From contig NZ_MQTZ01000045.1 in NCBI RefSeq assembly GCF_001939115.1, positions 162,006 through 185,375 of the forward strand: 23,370 nt of DNA, given 5' to 3'. The DNA is from Leptolyngbya sp. 'hensonii'. GTDB lineage: Bacteria; Cyanobacteriota; Cyanobacteriia; GCF-001939115. Positions 17,774 to 23,370 of this stretch are shown one piece after another. The position numbers were made by a program, and so were the translations under genes. The notes under the pieces were generated by a model that saw only the letters and a program-made list of their open reading frames with translations, ran no database searches and had not been told where the DNA came from. Positions within the stretch are counted from its first letter, which is position 1. Each line of letters opens with the position of its first letter.

Positions 17774-19200
17774 AGCAGGTCATCATCATATAACTGCATT
17801 TCTTGCTTGACTTCCTGAGCGGTACGTTGACGCAATTCCCAGGGAAGCAATACTTCTACGTTGGGTCTCCAGGCGCGGAGTCGTTGGAAAACGTTGGGGT
17901 CATCCTGGCGGTAGTATGCCTGATAGTAGGCATCATCGGGGGAGCGATGCTGCCAGAGGCGCAGGAGATGTTCTTGAAGCTGACCAGAGAGGGTCTGACG
18001 GATGAGGAATTGCACCTGATGATAGGGGATTTTGCGAAAGGTGGTATGGCGCAGGGTGTCGCGAATATAGCGGTCATCCCATTTGCGATCGAACCGTAGT
18101 AGAAGTAAGTGGCGGGGTTGGTAGTAATCAAACCCCCAGGCTTCATCCATCGCCGTTTCGATCTCCTCTGGGGTGGGGAGGGTTTGTTTCTGGTATTGCT
18201 GGTAAAGCTTTCGGGGGACAGTGGTATCTTTCCAATTTAGGGAATCGATGGCGAGGATGCGATCGAGGCGGTAATTGCGCCAGTTGAGCGCAGAACTGGC
18301 TGCTTTGGGAAACTGACCATAGGCACACAGGTAGGGTCCACGACGGTAGTAATAGATGCAAACGGGATAGACCACGAGAGGACAACTCCGGGTTTCCCCT
18401 GCACTCTGGTAGTGAAGGCGTACCGGCGGAATGGGGGTTTGCTGCCAGATCTCTGAGAGTAAGGCTTGCCAGTCATCCACGCGATCGAGCTTGTTTTGGG
18501 AAATGACGTAATCGACATGGACAAAGAAGCGGGGGTATCCCTGGAAGGTCCGGGAGAAGGTGTCAGCAATAGCTGCCAGATCGGGCTGGGTAAACAAGGT
18601 GAGCTCCTGCCCGGAGGGAGACTGGATGATTGGGGCTCCAACATGGGGATAATCGGGATAGGAAGTGACTTTTTGAAATTTGTTTTCCTGGATATGGAGC
18701 CATCCTGTGGTAGCAAGGTGATGCAGATCGCTGGAAAGGGTGCGGCGGGTAAACCCAAACAGGCGAGTTTGAAAAAGTAGGTGATCCAGATTGGGCGGCA
18801 GGAGATCATGGTCAATGAGCGATTGGTGCAGTTGATCGCGCTGTTCCTGGATCTGACCTTGCCCAGGCTGCTTACCCTGGTAAACCTGCCACTGGGATTG
18901 GGTGGTAGTCAAATCTGGATGAAAGAGCCAGGCAGCGGTGGGTTTAGTGCAGGGACAGGAGAGACGGTGGAGGGTTGGTTTGGTTTCCCCGCTGGGATGG
19001 TCAGGGGTGAAAAACTGATCGCGCCAATCTGCGTAGCTGAAGGTTTCTGGTAAAGCCAGGGTGTCACCCATTTCGCCGTAGAGTAGATGTAACCAGACCC
19101 ACAGGCGAATGGCTTGAAGGAAGTTTTGCTTGAGAGAACCCCGCACTAACCACTGCAACAGGGGAATGTTGGGAGACTCTTGCCAAAATGCATCAGCCAT
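17770..19200 (-). CDS. WYL-domain protein (putative ligand-binding transcriptional regulator of the CRISPR/defence island; TIGR03985/sll7009-like)
   Basis: 476 aa. A WYL core is recognisable around GPYLCAYGQFPKAASSALNWRNYRLDRILAIDSL (compare the WYLvGwc...RtFRLDRI motif of PafBC/BrxR-type WYL domains). The gene is transcribed divergently from the csx3-like operon and is translationally coupled to the HD hydrolase. Confidence 0.5.
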   Translation of the reverse strand: MADAFWQESPNIPLLQWLVRGSLKQNFLQAIRLWVWLHLLYGEMGDTLALPETFSYADWRDQFFTPDHPSGETKPTLHRLSCPCTKPTAAWLFHPDLTTTQSQWQVYQGKQPGQGQIQEQRDQLHQSLIDHDLLPPNLDHLLFQTRLFGFTRRTLSSDLHHLATTGWLHIQENKFQKVTSYPDYPHVGAPIIQSPSGQELTLFTQPDLAAIADTFSRTFQGYPRFFVHVDYVISQNKLDRVDDWQALLSEIWQQTPIPPVRLHYQSAGETRSCPLVVYPVCIYYYRRGPYLCAYGQFPKAASSALNWRNYRLDRILAIDSLNWKDTTVPRKLYQQYQKQTLPTPEEIETAMDEAWGFDYYQPRHLLLLRFDRKWDDRYIRDTLRHTTFRKIPYHQVQFLIRQTLSGQLQEHLLRLWQHRSPDDAYYQAYYRQDDPNVFQRLRAWRPNVEVLLPWELRQRTAQEVKQEMQLYDDDLL

Positions 19201-19338
19201 ATCCTAGATGGTGCTCTATCAATTTGCCTACTTGTATGAGTGTGCCACAGACATGGAGGAGAGGGTTTCCAATTGAATGCCTCTTAAGCTGATATTGAGG
19301 TTGAGAATCCAACATGTTCCTTTGATAGGATCAGTTTG
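19201..19338. promoter_or_regulatory. Divergent intergenic/promoter region between the WYL-domain gene (minus) and the csx3-like operon (plus)
   Basis: 138-bp non-coding gap between two divergently oriented start codons. This is the likely site of autoregulation by the WYL protein. No operator has been defined. Confidence 0.3.
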
Positions 19339-19695
19339 ATGTCAAACACTATTTATATGGCTGCGATCGAGTTGACGTGTATTTCTCATCGGACAGCATC
19401 AGGGCTCGCCTATCAGCACTTGCATATTCATCTGGCAGCGGAAGATGGGTTGATTGAGCCAGAGGACTTGAAAGGGCTGGTTGTGCCAGACACAATCGTG
19501 TGGAGTCAGGGAGTGGTGATTGAAGGAAAGGCTCCCATTTGGTTGTATGGCTATCTGGTGCATGCCTGTCATCCAGCGGCTTGGGTCGCCTGTTATGATC
19601 CCCGGCTGGGAGATGGGGGTGGGGCAGTAGTGGTAGCCACCCATGCGCGCCAAGTGAAAGTTGGTGAAGTGCTTCTTACGACGTTACCCCTATGA
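19339..19695 (+). CDS. Csx3-like small protein (putative Crn3 ring-nuclease family)
   Basis: 118 aa from the ATG at 19339; the track uses a TTG at 19336. The motif GKAPIWLYGYLVHACHPAAWVACYDPRLGDGGGAVVVATH resembles the Csx3 core as recalled (PIW..YDPRLGAVVV). It is clearly paralogous to the N-domain of the next gene. Its stop overlaps the next ATG (ATGA at 19692-19695). Confidence 0.45.
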   Translation: MSNTIYMAAIELTCISHRTASGLAYQHLHIHLAAEDGLIEPEDLKGLVVPDTIVWSQGVVIEGKAPIWLYGYLVHACHPAAWVACYDPRLGDGGGAVVVATHARQVKVGEVLLTTLPL

Positions 19696-20579
19696 TTCGC
19701 TTAAGCCGAATTGAGTCGAATTATCAGGTTGTGTCGGTGTTACCTCATGCGGAGGGACGGGCGATCGACCCTATAGAACTGATCGACCTGCAGCTCCCTC
19801 ATGATGTGGATCTAAAGCAGCCTGTGATTCTGTTTGGTCCCGTGCCTACTTGGGTTTATGGGCGGCTGGTTGCCCTATGCCGGGAGGCTCCCTGGGTTGG
19901 TTGTTTCTCGGCTCCAGAGGCAGAAGCAGTCGTGATCCAAAGTCGAGTGGCGAATGTGGCAGTGGGGGATGTGATTGCCATTCCGCTGGGGCGGGAAAAG
20001 TTGGCTCCAGCGGTGCTGGTAGTGGGACCGCCAGATAGTGGGAAGAGTGTTTTGTCGAATGCATTGCGCAGGAGTTTACTGGCGCATTATCCGCACAGTT
20101 CTATCTTTTTGCATCGGGCGAATTGGGATGGTGAGGGGAACTGGAGCCATGAGGGGCAAGATCATGCCCTGATCCAGCGTCTTGTGCGGAACCATGAACG
20201 CCGCATTCACGAACGCCCCTCTGCAACAGAATTGATGGCGGCGTTTTTTGCCTATCACGAGGCAGCGGTGATGAATTTGCGGCGGGTGGTGGATCTGGTG
20301 ATTGTGGATGTGGGAGGGAAGGTGCAACCTGAGAAGGCAGGGGTGCGCGATCGCTGTACCCATGGGGTGATTATTAGCCGCGCACCGGAACTGGTAGGGG
20401 AGTGGCGCAGGTTTTGTGAGCCAACGCTGGAGTTGCTGACGGTGATTCACAGCGTACTGGAGGAACGGTGTGAGGTGAAGTCGAGAGTACCCCTGGAGGT
20501 AATTGCGGGACCTTGGTTCCGGGGGAAAACGCACCAAGTGCCAGAGGTGGTGTGGCAGGCAGTGGGGAAATTGTTATAG
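19692..20579 (+). CDS. Csx3-like N-terminal domain fused to a P-loop NTPase (Csx3-AAA-type fusion)
   Basis: 295 aa. Residues of about 40-100 (GPVPTWVYGRLVALCREAPWVGCFSAPEAEAVVIQS) align with the upstream small protein. Walker A VLVVGPPDSGKSVL and a Walker B-like VVDLVIVDVGG follow. Confidence 0.5.
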   Translation: MIRLSRIESNYQVVSVLPHAEGRAIDPIELIDLQLPHDVDLKQPVILFGPVPTWVYGRLVALCREAPWVGCFSAPEAEAVVIQSRVANVAVGDVIAIPLGREKLAPAVLVVGPPDSGKSVLSNALRRSLLAHYPHSSIFLHRANWDGEGNWSHEGQDHALIQRLVRNHERRIHERPSATELMAAFFAYHEAAVMNLRRVVDLVIVDVGGKVQPEKAGVRDRCTHGVIISRAPELVGEWRRFCEPTLELLTVIHSVLEERCEVKSRVPLEVIAGPWFRGKTHQVPEVVWQAVGKLL

Positions 20580-20591
20580 CCCTGGTTAGGA

Positions 20592-21776
20592 CTAGCCAAA
20601 ATCTTTGCCGATACGCTGGTTCAGATCTAAAAGGCAAGCTTGTCGCTCACCAAGTGTTTGACTGGAGGTTTCGATCTCAAACCGAACTATCCAGGTGCCG
20701 TTGCTCAGCGTTCCTTCCAAGGCATCTCCTTGCAAACGAAAGGAATTGAGGCTGGAGAGTGCGGGATTCCAGTAGAAGGTGCGACAGCCTGTGACATAGG
20801 GGCAGACATCGGTGATGCGTTGCAGGTAACGGATGATTGGGTCTCTGGCATTACCCCAATTATGGTTAGACATCTGGGGTTTACGTTTCTGTTGCGGGGG
20901 GACTGGAGATGGCAAATGCAACGCCATTTGTGGCAGTTGTCGTTCTCGAAATGCCTCATAAAATACCTGACCTGTGGGCGACAGGGTGATGTAAACCTGC
21001 CCGTCAATCTCTACTCGTTCTACCAGGGGTTCCAGGGCTTCTGACCAGTCATCCTGCACGGTTTCCCAGGGGGTCTGGTCGTGGGAGTTGCGCCCCAAAG
21101 CAGTGAGCCAGCCGTTATGCTGAATCCACAGGTCAAAATCCAGGCTGACGGGCATGGGTGGAAAGGCGATGATTTCGCTAAACCGTTCATGTTTGTAGTA
21201 AACCGGAACTTTGAGCGCCTGCCCCAATAGAACGGCGATCGCAATTTGTGCTTTATACCCCCCCGTGGCGTTGATCGCGCAATACTCGGCTCCGCGCAAC
21301 CGCAATCCGCAGGACATTTGCTTAACCAGGTTGCGTAACCCATCAGTGCGAAAGGTTTTGGGATGATTGTCTTGAAGCCCTTCTACTCGATACGGAGTGG
21401 CGGTATGCCCCAGTGCCTGGTAGTAATGAACCAGGAGGGTGGCGATCGCAGTGCCTTCGTCAGTGTCAGAGTGACAAAACAGGAGGGTGGCGGTAGGGGT
21501 GACATAGCCCCGCTGGAGCAAATCACCAATGGAGTTGATTTCGGCTCCACATAGACGCAGGGTGGGCGGAAGCTGGCTTAAATGCAGGGCGAGGGTAACC
21601 CAATCAGTATGCTCAAAGGTGGTTTTGAGGGTGGCAACGGTATCAGTGGTGAGATGGGCACGATCGGGGACAGGCTGTTTTTGGAGCCACTCATCGTAAT
21701 GGTCGGGGGCAGGCAAGGTTCTAAGATTGGGATTAAACAGGCTCGTACCAACGGTACAGATAAGGGTATGACGCAT
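20592..21776 (-). CDS. CARF-domain protein (cyclic oligoadenylate sensor) with an uncharacterised C-terminal domain of about 190 aa
   Basis: 394 aa. The N-terminus MRHTLICTVGTSLF is the CARF motif-I glycine/serine loop. AINATGGYKAQ is the CARF motif-II GG(Y/F)K. The C-terminal half has no convincing HEPN Rx4-6H motif, no clear PD-(D/E)xK motif and no HTH. Confidence 0.6.
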   Translation of the reverse strand: MRHTLICTVGTSLFNPNLRTLPAPDHYDEWLQKQPVPDRAHLTTDTVATLKTTFEHTDWVTLALHLSQLPPTLRLCGAEINSIGDLLQRGYVTPTATLLFCHSDTDEGTAIATLLVHYYQALGHTATPYRVEGLQDNHPKTFRTDGLRNLVKQMSCGLRLRGAEYCAINATGGYKAQIAIAVLLGQALKVPVYYKHERFSEIIAFPPMPVSLDFDLWIQHNGWLTALGRNSHDQTPWETVQDDWSEALEPLVERVEIDGQVYITLSPTGQVFYEAFRERQLPQMALHLPSPVPPQQKRKPQMSNHNWGNARDPIIRYLQRITDVCPYVTGCRTFYWNPALSSLNSFRLQGDALEGTLSNGTWIVRFEIETSSQTLGERQACLLDLNQRIGKDFG

Positions 21777-21794
21777 GAGACAAGGTCTAGATGT

Positions 21795-22172
21795 TTATTG
21801 GGGATATAGGTTTATATTCACATTGCAGGCACCCAGCGGATTGACGCAGATTGGCATACTATAGCGAACTCGAAAAACCCCTTCTGCACCGGAGGGAACA
21901 TTAAAGAAAATGGTTTCGTTCCCAAGCTTCTTACCCCGAGCAAATCGCTGACCTGTCGTGTCGTAGAGTTCCACATCCACATCGCCCAGAACAGACGTGG
22001 CTTCGAGGATGTAGCCTCCTGGTCTATTGATTGTCAATCTCACCCAATCCGTCCCTCCGGCATAAAGGGGGCGTACTGCTTCAGCTTTCGCTGTAAGTGG
22101 GTCCAATCTTTCCATCAGCACGATCGTCAGACACGCAAGGGAAACTCGGCTCATCAAGCGTTTGTAGTTCAT
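21795..22172 (-). CDS. Small secreted protein with a PPC (pre-peptidase C-terminal)-like domain
   Basis: The track ORF runs from a TTG at 22202. The ATG at 22172 gives MNYKRLMSRVSLACLTIVLM. LGDVDVELYDTTGQ resembles the PPC GD(A/V)DLYLY motif. It lies 18 bp upstream of the CARF gene, probably in the same transcript. Confidence 0.35.
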   Translation of the reverse strand: MNYKRLMSRVSLACLTIVLMERLDPLTAKAEAVRPLYAGGTDWVRLTINRPGGYILEATSVLGDVDVELYDTTGQRFARGKKLGNETIFFNVPSGAEGVFRVRYSMPICVNPLGACNVNINLYPQ

Positions 22173-22360
22173 GGTATTGTTCCTATTTTTTGAAACCACC
22201 AAACCAGGGGTTGAGAGGTTGCGGTTGGTGGGGCTGGTTTAGTGCAACTGGTCATAGCTTATTCGATGTCTGGAAGGGGGTACTTCCAAGGAGCGATCGC
22301 GGGTTGAAGGGATGGGGCAATCGGGCAGTGGAGTTTTTAGGATCGTGGATTTAATAACTC

Positions 22361-22660
22361 CGAGATTTTCAGCCCTTACCCCCTCCCTCTCTCCCGGCGG
22401 GAGAGCTACCGCGTATACAGATCTCTGAAAAGTTTGGCTCAAGTCAGCAGACTCACGTGAAATCCCCTCTCGGGAGGGGTGGCCCGCAGGGCCGGGGTGG
22501 GTCTAGGAACGGGAGCAGGAGGGTTGAACCCACCCCTACCCCTCCCAGGAGGGGATTATGGGTACACAGTAGCCCAGAACGGGAGAGGGGGCTGGGGGAT
22601 GTAGACGCAGAGCGGCTTCCCCTGGGGTGGGCAACCTTGCAAAACTGGGATGCCCCCGTT
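22361..22660. repeat. GC-rich cluster of palindromic hairpin elements (CTCTCCCGgCGGGAGAG; CCCCTCtcgGGAGGGG; GGGGTGGG...CCCACCCC) between the PPC/CARF operon and the CRISPR array
   Basis: The inverted repeats were read directly. Related GGGGTGGGG/CCCCACCCC-type palindromes occur at 4886-4925, 12790-12890 and 1-80. Confidence 0.35.
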
Positions 22661-22662
22661 GA

Positions 22663-22687
22663 GTTTTTTCAACAGTCCCCAATTGGG
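22663..22687. repeat. Degenerate, internally deleted CRISPR repeat (GTTTTTTCAACagtCCCCAATTGGG) at the array trailer end
   Basis: Matches the repeat 5' part GTTTTCAAC and 3' part CCCAATTGG, with about 13 bp deleted between them. It lies 8 bp before the first intact repeat. Confidence 0.4.
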
Positions 22688-22695
22688 ACGACTGA

Positions 22696-23368
22696 GTTTT
22701 CAACTATTCCAATTTGACCCAATTGGTAGGGGTCCTGAGTGCTCAGGAGCAAGCGGATAGGGATGCCGCTAGAGAGTTTTTCAACTATTCCAATTTGACC
22801 CAATTGGTAGGGACAACTCTCGTCGTGACTCTCCGAGTCTCGATGGTTCTAAGGTCGGTTTTCAACTATTCCAATTTGACCCAATTGGTAGGGAAGTGGT
22901 TGCAAAATGCAAAGACGGAGTTGTTGTGGAGAACTCCGCTGGGTTTTCAACTATTCCAATTTGACCCAATTGGTAGGGGGTTGCGAAGTAGTTGGGAATC
23001 TTTGTTTTCTTCGAGAAAGTTTTCAACTATTCCAATTTGACCCAATTGGTAGGGTGTGCTTGCTGCGGTTATTGCACTGGTGATTTGGCTTCTAGTTTTC
23101 AACTATTCCAATTTGACCCAATTGGTAGGGTTTGTTTTTTTGAAAAAGCAGGAGAATTTCCCATGTCCAACAAAGGTTTTCAACTATTCCAATTTGACCC
23201 AATTGGTAGGGGGTCATTGTTTCAGTTGTTTATTCCCTTTTCAAGGAGAAGTTTTCAACTATTCCAATTTGACCCAATTGGTAGGGACTTTGTTTACACC
23301 TGGAACGAAACCAACAATGGCACTACCACCTAGTTTTCAACTATTCCAATTTGACCCAATTGGTAGGG
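22696..23368 (-). CRISPR. CRISPR array with at least 9 identical 36-bp repeats GTTTTCAACTATTCCAATTTGACCCAATTGGTAGGG and 8 spacers of 39-49 bp. The array continues beyond the window end.
   Basis: Repeats lie at 22696-22731, 22777-22812 (first base T), 22858-22893, 22943-22978, 23019-23054, 23095-23130, 23176-23211, 23251-23286 and 23333-23368. The reverse complement ends ...ATAGTTGAAAAC, the usual 3' GAAAC-type handle. This, together with the degenerate repeat at the left end, suggests minus-strand transcription with the leader to the right of the window. There is an internal 6-bp palindrome CCAATT/AATTGG. Confidence 0.95.
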
Positions 23369-23370
23369 AG

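Noticed and set aside
18237-18815. 192-aa alternative-frame ORF inside the WYL-domain gene
   Set aside because: Same strand but different frame, Pro/Ser-rich and low complexity. The 476-aa frame is continuous from an ATG and ends in an ATGA overlap with the next gene.
17770-19200. Possibility that the 476-aa protein is a toxic small alarmone synthetase partnered with the adjacent HD hydrolase (toxSAS/antitoxSAH module)
   Set aside because: No RelA/SpoT synthetase-domain motifs, such as the G(R/K)xK...S...K phosphate loop or a DxxGxR-type acidic motif, could be found. A WYL-type RLDRI motif is present instead.
19201-19338. CCAATTG-containing segment in the WYL/csx3 intergenic region, as a possible solo CRISPR repeat
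   Set aside because: Only about 8 bp (TTCCAATT) match the repeat. This is too short to distinguish from chance.
22714-23333. Two plus-strand ORFs from the track (22714-23040 and 22992-23333) with repetitive FNYSNLTQLVG / FQLFQFDPIGR peptides
   Set aside because: They are translations of the CRISPR repeats in two frames; the periodic identical peptides coincide exactly with repeat positions. They are not genes.

Overview
This window reads as a cyanobacterial chromosomal segment. The basis is at least 15 copies of the HIP1 octamer GCGATCGC, roughly 55-58% GC, and a photosystem II D1 homologue. Positions 1-16800 carry mostly housekeeping and accessory genes: a TPR-CHAT protein, a MOSC-domain protein, a divergent rogue-type D1 (psbA paralogue), a flotillin-like SPFH protein, an ABC exporter operon with two small membrane proteins, a Rieske oxygenase, ahcY, a DedA protein, folP, a sensor histidine kinase and a secreted protein. 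Two 157-bp MITE copies punctuate this region; they share 13-bp terminal inverted repeats and have 8-bp target-site duplications. A decayed IS1-like element sits at 16845-17133 and marks the left edge of a CRISPR-associated island at about 17147-23370+. That island holds a stand-alone RelA/SpoT-type HD hydrolase translationally coupled to a 476-aa WYL-domain protein, a tandem pair of Csx3-like ring-nuclease homologues (the second fused to a P-loop ATPase), a CARF-domain protein whose roughly 190-aa C-terminal domain is unassigned, and a small PPC-domain secreted protein. It ends in a CRISPR array of 36-bp repeats with at least 9 repeats that runs off the window. The repeat orientation and a truncated degenerate repeat at the left end suggest the array is transcribed on the minus strand, with the leader and any core cas genes beyond the right edge. 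No cas1, cas2, cas6, cas10 or known effector nuclease is visible. The CARF protein with the unknown domain, the Csx3 pair and the WYL-HD couple are the most likely candidates for an undescribed cOA-signalling accessory module. No tRNA or rRNA genes were detected.
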